A DNA stretch of 64,000 nucleotides. Source: Desulfosudaceae bacterium. Its GTDB lineage: Bacteria; Desulfobacterota; Desulfobacteria; Desulfobacterales; Desulfosudaceae. The notes beneath the pieces are model-generated. The model ran no database searches. It was given only the letters and a program-made list of their open reading frames with translations, and was not told the DNA's origin. The translations under genes were made by a program, and so were the position numbers. Every line of letters begins with the position of its first letter. Positions within the stretch are counted from its first letter, which is position 1. The DNA is taken from assembly GCA_963674745.2 (NCBI GenBank), contig CAXXDV010000003.1, positions 1,728,001 through 1,792,000 on the forward strand, given 5' to 3'. This document shows positions 30,060-40,376 of this stretch, one piece after another.

Positions 30060-31889
30060 ATGTCTTTTCAAAAACCCTGCTTTTTCTATCAGGATATATT
30101 TGTGAACCATTTACTTGACAGGGCCTTGGCAGCCTATTCGCAGTCAGATCTTGACCTTCAGCTGAAAGCCAGGTTTTTCCTGATTTTATGTCTTGTTATT
30201 CTCGCCGTACTTTTCGTCCTGTCTACCATTGTTGCGTTTCTTCAGTCCCTGATTGTCGGTTATGTAATTACCGGCGTATTTATAGCCTGCGTTGTTTGTT
30301 TCCTCTCCGTTTTTTTGGTCCTGCTGCTTTTACTGCGCGGCCATTTTTCCATTTCGACACATCTGCTTGTTATTACCATTATCATTTCGGACTGGGTCGT
30401 CATTATTTTCGATCAGGGTGATCCCTCAGTCCGTCTGGATTCATTTGTTTTTGTCATCAGTCTTTTGGGATTATTGCCGCTGGTCATAAAAAAGAATAAA
30501 TCCATTATCTTTCTATACGGTCTGATCAATATCGGTTTCCTGTTTACCTTTATGTATTTTTTCCGTTCCCAGCTGGCAATCCCGGATTATGCTGTTATTG
30601 ACTATCTAGCAGATAACTCTCTGGCGGTTATTGTCAGCTGCTTTATCGCGGCCAGCGTCTTCGGTATCAACAACACCGCTATTAAACGGGCCAAGGCGGA
30701 AATCGAAGAACGCAAACAGGCCGAAGAAGAAAGGATCAAACTTGAAGCCCAGCTTTATCAGGCCCAGAAAATGGAAGCCATCGGTCAGCTGGCCGGGGGT
30801 GTTGCCCACGATTTTAACAATATGCTGTCGGTGGTCATCGGCAACACCGAACTGATTATAATGCAGCAGGAACTTGACGACAACGGCCTGGAACAACTAG
30901 AAGCGATCCGCTACACGGTTAATCGTTCAGCCGCCTTGATCCGGCAACTGCTGGCATTTGCCAGACGACAGACAATTGTGCCCGAAAATATCGATATCAA
31001 CCAGGCCATCTCGGAAATGATGCCCATGCTTGGCCAGCTCATCCGGGAGAGCATTACCCTGAAATGGTTACCCGGGGAGATAACCGGACGGATTCTGATC
31101 GATCCGTCCCAGATTGATCAGATTCTCACCAACCTGGTCGTCAATGCCAGGGATGCCATCAATGAAACCGGCGACATTACAATCGAAACCCGGGACATAA
31201 CACTTGACAAAAACTTTGGCGTTGGTGAGGAGGAAACCGCCTCGGGCCCCTATATCATGCTGGCCGTAAGCGACAACGGCTGCGGCATGAAAAAGGACGT
31301 TCAGGACCAGATTTTCGACCCCTTCTTTTCCACCAAAAGGGGCATGGGAACGGGACTGGGGCTGGCCACGATTTTCGGCATCATGAGACAGAACAGCGGC
31401 CTCATCAAAGTTTACAGCGAACCAGGCCGGGGCACGACATTCAAGCTTTTCTTTCCTGCCATTGAGAATCAAGGGGTGATACGGCAAGAAAAGACTGAAG
31501 AGCCGGATTTTCTCCCCAGAGGGACTGAAACCATATTGATGGTGGAGGATGATCAGGCAATTCTGAAATTCGGTACAACCGTGCTGGAGCAACTCGGATA
31601 TACCGTAATCGCTGAAGATTCACCGGAAAAAGCGCTTGAGCGGGTAGCATCAGGACAGGACGGAATAGACCTGCTGTTGACGGATATCATCATGCCGGGT
31701 ATGAACGGCCACGATCTGGCGCACAAGATAAAAGAGATCATCCCCGATATCAAATGCCTTTATATATCAGGCTATACAGCCAATGCCGTGACCAACGGCG
31801 ATCTGAACAAAGAAAGCATCATCTTCCTGGCCAAGCCGTTCTCTCTCAAGTCACTGGCGGAAAAAGTACGAGAAGCTCTTTCTTGTTAA
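30060..31889 (+). CDS. Multi-TM hybrid sensor histidine kinase (HisKA-HATPase-REC)
   Basis: About 6 TM; AGGVAHDFNNML, NARDA, GTGLGL, receiver VEDD..TDIIMP..KP; start uncertain. Confidence 0.9.
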   Translation: MSFQKPCFFYQDIFVNHLLDRALAAYSQSDLDLQLKARFFLILCLVILAVLFVLSTIVAFLQSLIVGYVITGVFIACVVCFLSVFLVLLLLLRGHFSISTHLLVITIIISDWVVIIFDQGDPSVRLDSFVFVISLLGLLPLVIKKNKSIIFLYGLINIGFLFTFMYFFRSQLAIPDYAVIDYLADNSLAVIVSCFIAASVFGINNTAIKRAKAEIEERKQAEEERIKLEAQLYQAQKMEAIGQLAGGVAHDFNNMLSVVIGNTELIIMQQELDDNGLEQLEAIRYTVNRSAALIRQLLAFARRQTIVPENIDINQAISEMMPMLGQLIRESITLKWLPGEITGRILIDPSQIDQILTNLVVNARDAINETGDITIETRDITLDKNFGVGEEETASGPYIMLAVSDNGCGMKKDVQDQIFDPFFSTKRGMGTGLGLATIFGIMRQNSGLIKVYSEPGRGTTFKLFFPAIENQGVIRQEKTEEPDFLPRGTETILMVEDDQAILKFGTTVLEQLGYTVIAEDSPEKALERVASGQDGIDLLLTDIIMPGMNGHDLAHKIKEIIPDIKCLYISGYTANAVTNGDLNKESIIFLAKPFSLKSLAEKVREALSC

Positions 31890-32680
31890 AATTTCATGCC
31901 CGGCATATTCAATGAGGCGGTATTCCCCCCGTCAACCGGCAGAAACTGCCCGGTAATATAGCTGGCTTCATCGGAAGCCAGAAACAGGACAGCGGCGGCG
32001 ATTTCTTCCGGAAGACCGTATCGCCTGAGTTCACAACGGCTGCCCAGTTTTTCGGCCTTTCCGGCCTGACGGGCATAGTCAAAAACCGGTTTGGTCATAC
32101 CGGTCTCAATCAGCCCCGGGCAGACGGCATTCACGCGAATGTTGTATCCGCCGAGGTCACAGGCACTGGTCTGGGTAAAATTAATCAGGGCCGCTTTGCT
32201 GGCGCTGTAGGCATTGGGACCGGCCCCGGAACGGATCCCGGCCACAGAGGAGATGTTGACGATGGCGCCTGCCTTCCGGGCCTGCATGTGCGGCGCCGCG
32301 TATTTGGTGGCCATGACCGCCCCGATCAGGTTCACATCCAGCGCCATGCGCCAGCCTTCGACAGTCATCTCCTGCAGGGTACACATTTCACCGATGATCC
32401 CGGCATTATTCACCAGGATATCAATTCGGGAATGGGTTTCCACAGTGCGTGATATGAGATGCTTTATATCGTCTTCAACGGCCACATCCGCCCTGACCGC
32501 ATCGACACCCGGTTTAAGCCTGTCAGCTACGGACATCAACGCCTCTTCATTCAAATCGCAAATAACAATTATTGCCCCTTCACGTGAAAAAGTCTCGGCC
32601 GTGGCTTTACCGATCCCGCTGGCAGCGCCGGTGATAACGGCGACTTTCCCTTTTAAACGTCCTTCCCGATTCATAGACAC
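31886..32680 (-). CDS. Short-chain dehydrogenase/reductase (FabG-like)
   Basis: TGAASGIG, NNAG, YSASK, YITGQ..VDGG. Confidence 0.92.
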   Translation of the reverse strand: MSMNREGRLKGKVAVITGAASGIGKATAETFSREGAIIVICDLNEEALMSVADRLKPGVDAVRADVAVEDDIKHLISRTVETHSRIDILVNNAGIIGEMCTLQEMTVEGWRMALDVNLIGAVMATKYAAPHMQARKAGAIVNISSVAGIRSGAGPNAYSASKAALINFTQTSACDLGGYNIRVNAVCPGLIETGMTKPVFDYARQAGKAEKLGSRCELRRYGLPEEIAAAVLFLASDEASYITGQFLPVDGGNTASLNMPGMKF

Positions 32681-34230
32681 CTCTCCAGTAGATTTGCAGG
32701 CAACCTTCCAAAAAACAGATCGACCATTCGATCATCCATATCCGGTACCGGCATCAGTTCAGCATTCCCGCCTTTCTTCAATAGTGTAAACAACCTGTGT
32801 TCTGCAATTGATTTACCAACCACCATGTCATCAATCGTCGTGCGCTCATCGGTTTTTATCAGGTTCACGAGGCGACTCAACCTGAAGGCGGTTATCATCT
32901 CCCGGGTGCTTAGCGATCGGTTCCAGGGATAGACTGAAGAGCCGGCACACAACGTCGGGTGAATCCCGGTAAAAATTTTCTTACCCGTAAAACCGGGTAT
33001 GCCGGGGACCGGATAAAAAAACGAAATACCCACCCGGGTCGGTTGGCCGGCCAGGTAACAGACGGTTTCAACAATTTTTTCCCGGGTATCATGTTTCAGG
33101 CCGCAGATAAAATAAGTAACACAGGGAATACCATGTTTCTCTAAAACGTTTGTAATGGTTTCATACTGCTTCAGACAGGCCGCTCTTTGTTCATGTTCCA
33201 GCATTTGTTCATCAACACTGACCATGGACAGATTGAACTGTTTCATTCCGTATCGAATCAGTTTTTCCAGGATTTCAGGTGTTATCAGGGTATAGTCGAT
33301 GCCATTTTCGGCCAGAAAGCCCGCCTTCGGAAAAACCATTTTAAATACGTCCAGCACCTTAAAGAAATACGGGGCATTGCAGAGAAAATTATCATCTTCG
33401 AAATTGATAAGAACCTGTTTGTCCGGCTCTATTTCACTTCGGGTCAACCCCTGCAGAAAAGATCGAATCGTTTCCAGTGGAACCGTGCGAAACTGTCTTC
33501 CGTGTGAGATAAAATTGGAACAGAAACGACAGGCTTTGGGGCATCCGCGGCTGAGCGTGGTCGAATAGTAGACCGCGCCGGACGTTTCAAACGTTTTATT
33601 CAATACAAACGCTATTTCTCCGGCATCGGTTTGCTTTACCTTTATCGGGGGCCGGATGTCTGCGTTGTTCTTTTGAAAAAGATTCGGTACCCGGTCATAA
33701 TCTCCGGAACCGGACGTAATGGTATCCAGAAATACCGGCAATGAAACCTCTGCTTCCCCTGTCAATGCGAAATCAACCGCAGCGTTGTCTAAAAAAAACG
33801 CCGGATAGGCGCTGACACCGGCGCCGCCGACAACAATCATCGGGCGGGGATCTGACTGTCGAATCTGACGGGCCAGATCCAGTGCGGTTTGAGCGTAACA
33901 GTAGGCAAAACAGGAAATAAAGATCACGTCCGGGCCGGAGACAAGCGTTTGCCGGGCACATTCTTCCAGGCAAGGACCGAATCGCTTGTATTGATTAAAA
34001 AAAGACGTTTTTCCGAATTCGCCGTCTATAAGACAGGGCTTTAAATGGTCTAACACCGGGGGCAAAGACTGTTTTTTCGCTTTTTTTGCCAGCCGCGGAA
34101 AATTCAGCAGCCGGGCCTGCCAGCCGCTTTCCGTCAAAAGTCTTAAAACGACTTCCGCCCCCAGGCCGGAGGACCGGTGCGGTGTATAATAAAAATCAAA
34201 CACCGGGGGTATTACGACAATCGCGTTCAA
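32671..34230 (-). CDS. B12-binding-domain radical SAM protein
   Basis: IVVGGAG, GEAE, SRGCPKACRFC (CxxxCxxC), FEDDNF; TTG start. Confidence 0.85.
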   Translation of the reverse strand: MNAIVVIPPVFDFYYTPHRSSGLGAEVVLRLLTESGWQARLLNFPRLAKKAKKQSLPPVLDHLKPCLIDGEFGKTSFFNQYKRFGPCLEECARQTLVSGPDVIFISCFAYCYAQTALDLARQIRQSDPRPMIVVGGAGVSAYPAFFLDNAAVDFALTGEAEVSLPVFLDTITSGSGDYDRVPNLFQKNNADIRPPIKVKQTDAGEIAFVLNKTFETSGAVYYSTTLSRGCPKACRFCSNFISHGRQFRTVPLETIRSFLQGLTRSEIEPDKQVLINFEDDNFLCNAPYFFKVLDVFKMVFPKAGFLAENGIDYTLITPEILEKLIRYGMKQFNLSMVSVDEQMLEHEQRAACLKQYETITNVLEKHGIPCVTYFICGLKHDTREKIVETVCYLAGQPTRVGISFFYPVPGIPGFTGKKIFTGIHPTLCAGSSVYPWNRSLSTREMITAFRLSRLVNLIKTDERTTIDDMVVGKSIAEHRLFTLLKKGGNAELMPVPDMDDRMVDLFFGRLPANLLERCL

Positions 34231-34490
34231 ACCTGTGCGCCTTTTTTATATATTCATTTAATCAAAACATACCGCATAACCAACAATTCGATGTAATGAT
34301 AAACATTTCCAGCTATAGCATGTCCTGACACAAACCTCATTATTTTAATCCACGTACGTCAATAAGCATACCTTGCAAAATGAAATAATCTGGTCTACAA
34401 TAGTCTAAATTAACCCAGTAAAACCGGGGGGTTTTTCAAAAAGCAAATTTGGTTTGCGCGTAATGACGGTTAAAAGGACAGCCGGTAGAA

Positions 34491-35309
34491 ATGGAACCGA
34501 TTCAGGGCATTATTCTTGGCATTATTCAGGGTTTGACGGAATTTCTGCCGGTCAGCAGCTCAGGGCACCTTGTTCTCGGGCAGCACTTGTTCGGGATCAC
34601 TGAACCGGCCCTTTTTTTTGATGTCAGCGTGCATGTGGGCACCCTGTTTGCGGTGCTGATCGTCTTTCGGCAGGATCTCTATCAGATAATGCTGGCGTTG
34701 TGGCATGAATTACTTTTACGGCTGAAAGGAGACGACCTGCGCACCGATTCGCACCAGGACAGCATGAAACTGATGACGTTCATCATCGTGGGGTCAGTCC
34801 CCACCGGTCTGATCGGACTCGGCTTAAAACATGCCGAGCATGTTTTTTCATCCCTGCCACTGGTCGGTGCCATGCTCCTGATCACGGGCATGATATTGTG
34901 GGCCACCCGAAAATGGACTGCCGGCAGCGGCGTGGCTGATTTTGCATGGCCAAAGGCCGTCGGTGTCGGAGTCGTTCAGGGACTGGCCGTGCTGCCCGGT
35001 GTTTCAAGGTCCGGCACGACAATCGCGGCCGGTCTGTTTTTCGGGCTGGACCGTTCCACGGCAGCCCGATTTTCTTTTCTGCTTTCCATACCGGCCATTG
35101 TTGGTGCCGAACTTCTTTCCGCCGGCGACCTTTTAGACGGTACGGTGAAACTGGACGCGACGGTCCTGTGGGGTACGTTAACCGCTTTTGTGGTCGGTTA
35201 TGGTGCTTTGAAAGTTTTATTAAAAATCGTTCACCAGGGCAGATTCTATCTTTTTGCGCCATACTGTTTTGCCGTAGGCGGCTTAACCCTCTGGTTATCC
35301 GTCAGATAA
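34491..35309 (+). CDS. uppP: Undecaprenyl-diphosphate phosphatase
   Basis: GIIQGLTEFLPVSSSGHL, PGVSRSGTTI, AARFSFLLSIP. Confidence 0.95.
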   Translation: MEPIQGIILGIIQGLTEFLPVSSSGHLVLGQHLFGITEPALFFDVSVHVGTLFAVLIVFRQDLYQIMLALWHELLLRLKGDDLRTDSHQDSMKLMTFIIVGSVPTGLIGLGLKHAEHVFSSLPLVGAMLLITGMILWATRKWTAGSGVADFAWPKAVGVGVVQGLAVLPGVSRSGTTIAAGLFFGLDRSTAARFSFLLSIPAIVGAELLSAGDLLDGTVKLDATVLWGTLTAFVVGYGALKVLLKIVHQGRFYLFAPYCFAVGGLTLWLSVR

Positions 35310-35432
35310 CAGTCGTTTGATGATATATTGGTTAAAAAATTCAAACGTCTTTTTTTTTACGACCTCAAGTCGGATAAAGGGGAACAACATGGTTATAAAA
35401 GCAAATATAATATCCAGACAAGGGAGGAAATA

Positions 35433-36359
35433 ATGAGGCTTTTAACGCGATCAGATTTTGACGGACTGGGGTGTGCGGTGCTGCTAAAAGAAGTGGGGGT
35501 GATCGATGACATCAAATTTGTGCACCCCAAGGATGTGCAGGATGGACAGGTTGACGTCAACGAAAACGATGTACTGGCAAATGTCCCGTATGTCAAAGGA
35601 TGCGGTCTCTGGTTTGATCATCATTCCAGCGAAAAAGAACGAAGTGCGTACGGTGATTTTGAAGGCGCCAGTGTTCCCTCCGCCCCCAGCGCCGCACGGG
35701 TTATTTACGACTACTACGGCGGAAAGGGTCAATTTTCGGACCAGCATTTTACGGAACTTGTCAGTGCCGTCGACAAGGCGGATACAGCCGATTTTACACA
35801 AGATGAAATACTGGAACCCAAAGGCTGGGTCCTGCTTTCTTTTATCATGGACCCCCGCACCGGTCTCGGTCGCTACAAGGATTACCGGATCAGTAATTAC
35901 CAGTTGATGGAAAACATGATCGAATATTGCCGGACCAAAACGATCGATCAAATCCTGGCCATTGATGATGTAGAGGAAAGGATAAGACGATATTTTAAAC
36001 AGGAAACACCGTTTCAGGAAATGATAAAAGACAACGCCGTCATTAATGAAAATGTCGTTATTCTGGATCTGCGAAAACAGGATGAAATTTTCACCGGCAA
36101 TCGTTTTGTGCTTTATGCCTGGTACCCGGACCAGAATGTTTCCCTGCAGATCATCTGGGGATTGAACAAGCAGAATGTAGTGGCTACCTGCGGCCACAGC
36201 ATCTTGAACAGAACATGTAAGACAGACGTCGGCTCTTTGATGCTCAAGTACGGCGGTGGCGGCCACCGTAAAGTCGGAACCTGTCAGCTTCCTGTAGAAA
36301 CCGCGGACAAAGCGATCAAAGACATTATCAACCAGCTGAAAGCCGACAACAACGGTTGA
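35433..36359 (+). CDS. DHH-family phosphoesterase (exopolyphosphatase/nanoRNase-like)
   Basis: RSDFDG, FDHH, DPRTGLGR, GGGGH..GTCQ; RBS ggagg before ATG 35433. Confidence 0.85.
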   Translation: MRLLTRSDFDGLGCAVLLKEVGVIDDIKFVHPKDVQDGQVDVNENDVLANVPYVKGCGLWFDHHSSEKERSAYGDFEGASVPSAPSAARVIYDYYGGKGQFSDQHFTELVSAVDKADTADFTQDEILEPKGWVLLSFIMDPRTGLGRYKDYRISNYQLMENMIEYCRTKTIDQILAIDDVEERIRRYFKQETPFQEMIKDNAVINENVVILDLRKQDEIFTGNRFVLYAWYPDQNVSLQIIWGLNKQNVVATCGHSILNRTCKTDVGSLMLKYGGGGHRKVGTCQLPVETADKAIKDIINQLKADNNG

Positions 36360-36440
36360 AAAATGTGGTTCATCTCCCGATTAGTGGTAGTAAACAAATT
36401 GTATAAAGTTCATTGAAGTCGATGTTTTTTTAGTAGGAGC

Positions 36441-37931
36441 CTAGACCCCTTGAATCCTTGACCCCTTGGCTCTGGCCCAGACATAAAAAGCGATGGCGGC
36501 GGCGGTGGCGGCGTTCAGGGACTCCACGGTTTCACTGATGGGAATGGCAACCGTCCGGTTTTTCAAATGCGCCGGCAAGCCCTGCCCTTCCATGCCGGGT
36601 AAAAAAGCAAAGGTGTCTGGAAAAGCGGTGTTTGAGATATCTTTTCCTTCCCTGGAAAGCGACATTACCGGCAAATTGTCGGGGATATCATTCAATGCCG
36701 GCCCCTCCAGCAGATTCGCTTTCAGGACGGCCCCGCCGGACGCCCGAAGCGCCTTGGGGTGAAAGGGATTGGCGCTTTCAGAGAGCAGGATGATGTTGTC
36801 CAACCCGAAGGCCATCGCCGATCGGATAATCGTGCCCACGTTTTCCGGGTCCTGAAACGGCACCAGGACCGAGCAGCCCGGCGGCAGGCCGTCGACAGGA
36901 ATCCATTTCCTGATTTCAGGTGTTTCGACCATCAATAAAGGGGCATTTGTACCGATGGTATCAATTTTTTTAAATAATGGCGCAGACAACTGATACCAGG
37001 CGACATGGGCCGGCGTTTTTTCCGGCGGCGGGAGGTTATCTCCCGCGGTTATCCAGGCCCGGCTTTGTTCCGGACAATCCCGCAGGAGCTCTTCCACCTG
37101 TTTTGAACCGGAGACCAGGGCCATCCCCTGTTTTTTGATGCCACGGCCGCTTAAAAGCCGTTTCAAGTCCTTAAAAATTGTGTTCTGTTCGCTTTCGATG
37201 GAACGGGAATCATGACGATTCATGGCTGTCTGCCTTTTTTTATGAAGCGGTTGATCAACGCGCTGAAATAAAACCAACCGCCTGGCATGGGGTGTATGGG
37301 GAATCTCGTAATCGATCTGCCGGAGGAACCGGAACCGGGATTTATTCTTTTCTTTAGCCTCTGCAATTTCAATCGCACAATCCGGGCCTTTCATGAATAT
37401 AACCTGTCCGCCTGAATCAAGGCAGCCGCTGACACGATCAAGCGTCAGGCTGATGGCTTCAACCGCACGTGTAATCACCCCCTGAACGGGTGTTTCAAAA
37501 GCAGGGGTGATGGTTTTTCCGACCACAACCGTATCTTTAATTTGAAGCCGGTCCACAGCCATCTTCAAAAAATCGACCCGTTTACCGCGGCTTTCCGCCA
37601 ATGTTATTTTCAAATCAGGAAAAGCGATTTTCAATGGAATGCCCGGCATTCCCGGACCGGTTCCCAGGTCTAGCAAAGAATCCGGCAAATCGACGAGGCG
37701 GCCGGGCAGAATGGAATCCACGTAAAGCTTCAGTACCATGTTGGCAAAATTGTGAATGCGGGTCAGGTTTAACCGGGCGTTGTATTGTCGAAGCAGGTTA
37801 TGATAGGTCCATAGTTGTTCAAGCTGAGCCGGAGAAAGGGCAATCTCCGAGCGGACCAGTAACCGGTCCATGTCATTCAGCCCGTATTCTCCTGCCTGCT
37901 TTGAGATATTGCTTTTCTGATAATGGGGCAT
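36441..37931 (-). CDS. rsmG: RsmG (16S m7G527 methyltransferase) fused to a TrmH/SpoU RNA methyltransferase
   Basis: N-half NLTRI, LDLGTGPGMPGIPL, TRA, MKG; C-half QDPENVGTIIRSA, GMEGQGL, IPI..ESLNAATA; start uncertain. Confidence 0.85.
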   Translation of the reverse strand: MPHYQKSNISKQAGEYGLNDMDRLLVRSEIALSPAQLEQLWTYHNLLRQYNARLNLTRIHNFANMVLKLYVDSILPGRLVDLPDSLLDLGTGPGMPGIPLKIAFPDLKITLAESRGKRVDFLKMAVDRLQIKDTVVVGKTITPAFETPVQGVITRAVEAISLTLDRVSGCLDSGGQVIFMKGPDCAIEIAEAKEKNKSRFRFLRQIDYEIPHTPHARRLVLFQRVDQPLHKKRQTAMNRHDSRSIESEQNTIFKDLKRLLSGRGIKKQGMALVSGSKQVEELLRDCPEQSRAWITAGDNLPPPEKTPAHVAWYQLSAPLFKKIDTIGTNAPLLMVETPEIRKWIPVDGLPPGCSVLVPFQDPENVGTIIRSAMAFGLDNIILLSESANPFHPKALRASGGAVLKANLLEGPALNDIPDNLPVMSLSREGKDISNTAFPDTFAFLPGMEGQGLPAHLKNRTVAIPISETVESLNAATAAAIAFYVWARAKGSRIQGV

Positions 37932-38291
37932 AATCAAGTTTAACAGACATCACAGAATTATGTTTTGTCCGCTCACTCCTCTTTCCCGGTAATTTTCTGC
38001 TGATCCTTTATAAGTCAGACGTTTTGCAGAATCAAGAAGATCACGTTTTTGTTTTCGTTGGCCGGTTGACAACAGGGACAAATTCTGTTTTATAAAAACT
38101 AATCAAGATTTGGATATATGTTGATGTTCGCGTTTTAAAGGCTCTTTTTTCGAGCTATCAGACTGAACAGCCGTTTTTTAACTGTTCATCAGTAATATTC
38201 AAAAATTCAAAAAAAACTGGGCGCCAGTATTTTTTTCACTGCGGCCAGATAACTTTTTTGCAAAAACAATAAATAAAAAGAAGGGGTTAGC

Positions 38292-39482
38292 ATGACAGAA
38301 AAGATTCTGATCGAAAATTTGTATAAAATTTTCGGTCCTCATCCCGAAACCGCCCTGAAAATGCTTCAGGACGGTGCCGGCAAAGAAGAAATCATGGAAA
38401 AAACCAAGCACGGAGTTGGTGTGGCCGATGCATCATTTACCGTCAACGAAGGCGAAATCCTGGTGGTCATGGGCCTGTCCGGCAGTGGCAAATCCACCCT
38501 GGTGCGCTGCATCAACCGCCTGATCGCCCCTTCCGCCGGCAAGGTTATTGTCGACGGCACGGATGTAACCGGGTTGGATGTTGAGCAGTTAAGGCGATTC
38601 CGACTGGAACACTTCGGCATGGTTTTTCAGAACTTTGCCTTGTTTCCCCACCGGACGGTGATCGAAAACGTGGCCTACGGTCTTGAAATTCAAAAAGTTC
38701 CCAAAGAAGAACGTCTCAAGCGGTCTGCGGAAGCACTGACCCAGGTCGGACTGGAAGGATGGAACGATTCATATCCCGCTCAGCTCAGCGGCGGCATGCA
38801 GCAACGGGTCGGCCTGGCGCGCGCCCTGGCCCTGGATGCGGATATCATGCTCATGGATGAAGCCTTCAGCGCCCTGGATCCGCTGATTCGCAGCGATATG
38901 CAGGATGAATTGCTGATGCTTCAGGATAAAATGCAGAAAACCATTGTGTTCATCAGCCACGATCTGGACGAAGCCCTCAAACTCGGCGACCGGATCGTCC
39001 TGATGAAAGACGGTTATATCGTCCAGACCGGGACAGCCGAAGAAATTCTGACCAATCCTGCCAATGCTTACGTGGCCAAATTCGTTGAAGATGTGGATAT
39101 GGCCAAAGTCATTACCGCTGAAAATGTCATGATCAAACCCAAAGATGTGGCCCATTTTAAAACCGACGGCCCCAAAGCAGCCCTGCGCAAAATGCATCAT
39201 AGCAAAATTTCCCAGCTGTTTGTCAGAAAGGATAAAAAGCTGTACGGCTATATAACCGCTGACGACGCGGCCGAAGCAGCCAAGCGGGGAGATGAGACAC
39301 TGGAAAAAATTGTCAGGACGGACATTGAAATCGTAAAACTGGATACGCCGGCTGTAGATATCATTCCCCTCCTGGCCCGGCTGCCCTATCCGGTTCCGGT
39401 TGTCAACGAGGAGCATAAGCTCAAAGGACTAATTATCAAGGGATCGCTGCTGGCCGGTCTTTCGGAAAGGGGGACGGACTAA
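38292..39482 (+). CDS. proV: Glycine betaine/proline ABC transporter ATPase with CBS domains
   Basis: MGLSGSGKST, LSGGMQQRV, MDEAFSALDPLIR, C-terminal CBS pair. Confidence 0.95.
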   Translation: MTEKILIENLYKIFGPHPETALKMLQDGAGKEEIMEKTKHGVGVADASFTVNEGEILVVMGLSGSGKSTLVRCINRLIAPSAGKVIVDGTDVTGLDVEQLRRFRLEHFGMVFQNFALFPHRTVIENVAYGLEIQKVPKEERLKRSAEALTQVGLEGWNDSYPAQLSGGMQQRVGLARALALDADIMLMDEAFSALDPLIRSDMQDELLMLQDKMQKTIVFISHDLDEALKLGDRIVLMKDGYIVQTGTAEEILTNPANAYVAKFVEDVDMAKVITAENVMIKPKDVAHFKTDGPKAALRKMHHSKISQLFVRKDKKLYGYITADDAAEAAKRGDETLEKIVRTDIEIVKLDTPAVDIIPLLARLPYPVPVVNEEHKLKGLIIKGSLLAGLSERGTD

Positions 39483-40324
39483 TGAATATATACAGAATAC
39501 CAATCGGAGAAACCATTGAAACGGGCATTGATTTTTTTGTGGATAATTTTTCTTTTGCCACCAAAGCATTTTCCAAAGTAACTGAAAACGGAATGGATGT
39601 TATTGTCAATGTAATGATGTACTTTCCCCCCTGGGTCCTGATCCTGATTTTTACCGGACTGGCCTGGTTCCTGAGCAAAAGACGGGGCGTTGCACTGTTC
39701 ACCCTGATCGGGCTTATGCTGATTTGGAATATGGAGCTGTGGGCACCGACCGTCAGCACCATCGCCCTGATCCTGATCGCCGTGATGTTTGCCATTGTCA
39801 TCGGCGTTCCCCTGGGCATTATTTCCGCTTTGAGTGAGGTTGCCTACCGGATTATTACCCCTGTCCTGGACGTTATGCAGACCATGCCCGCATTTGTTTA
39901 TCTGATTCCGGCGATCCCGTTTTTCGGTCTTGGCGCGGTGGGTGCTATTTTCTCGACGGTCATATTTTCCGTTCCGCCCTGCATCCGCCTGACCTGTCTG
40001 GGCATTAAACAGGTCCCCAAAGAGTTGATCGAAGCGGCCGATGCCTTCGGCAGCACCAGGTGGCAAAAACTCATTAAGGTACAGTTGCCGATCGCCAAAA
40101 CCACGATCATGGCCGGGATCAACCAGACCGTCATGCTGGCCCTGTCCATGGTGGTCATTGCCGCTATGATCGGCGCCAAAGGGCTCGGCGGTGAAGTCTG
40201 GAAAGCCATTCAAAGACTGGAACCCGGCCGGGGGTTTGAAGCCGGCATCGGTATTGTCATCGTGGCCATTATTCTGGACCGCGTCATGCAGCGCCTGGCC
40301 GGCGGTAAACAACAAGCGGTATAA
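39482..40324 (+). CDS. proW: Glycine betaine/proline ABC transporter permease
   Basis: LDVMQTMPAFVYLIP, EAA loop, NQTVMLALSMVVIAAMIGA. Confidence 0.95.
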   Translation: MNIYRIPIGETIETGIDFFVDNFSFATKAFSKVTENGMDVIVNVMMYFPPWVLILIFTGLAWFLSKRRGVALFTLIGLMLIWNMELWAPTVSTIALILIAVMFAIVIGVPLGIISALSEVAYRIITPVLDVMQTMPAFVYLIPAIPFFGLGAVGAIFSTVIFSVPPCIRLTCLGIKQVPKELIEAADAFGSTRWQKLIKVQLPIAKTTIMAGINQTVMLALSMVVIAAMIGAKGLGGEVWKAIQRLEPGRGFEAGIGIVIVAIILDRVMQRLAGGKQQAV

Positions 40325-40376
40325 TTTTTTGCGAAAAGGTTTTTTTATTACTAATTAATTTATAGAGGAGGTTCTT

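Noticed and set aside
37940..38290. c-di-AMP (ydaO) riboswitch before proV
   Set aside because: No GCUGAAUC or GGGGUGAAUC consensus segments visible
39479..40315. Long antisense ORFs (this one, 7968-8741, 24121-25068, 35484-36266 and similar)
   Set aside because: They shadow well-supported genes on the opposite strand and show no motifs or RBS
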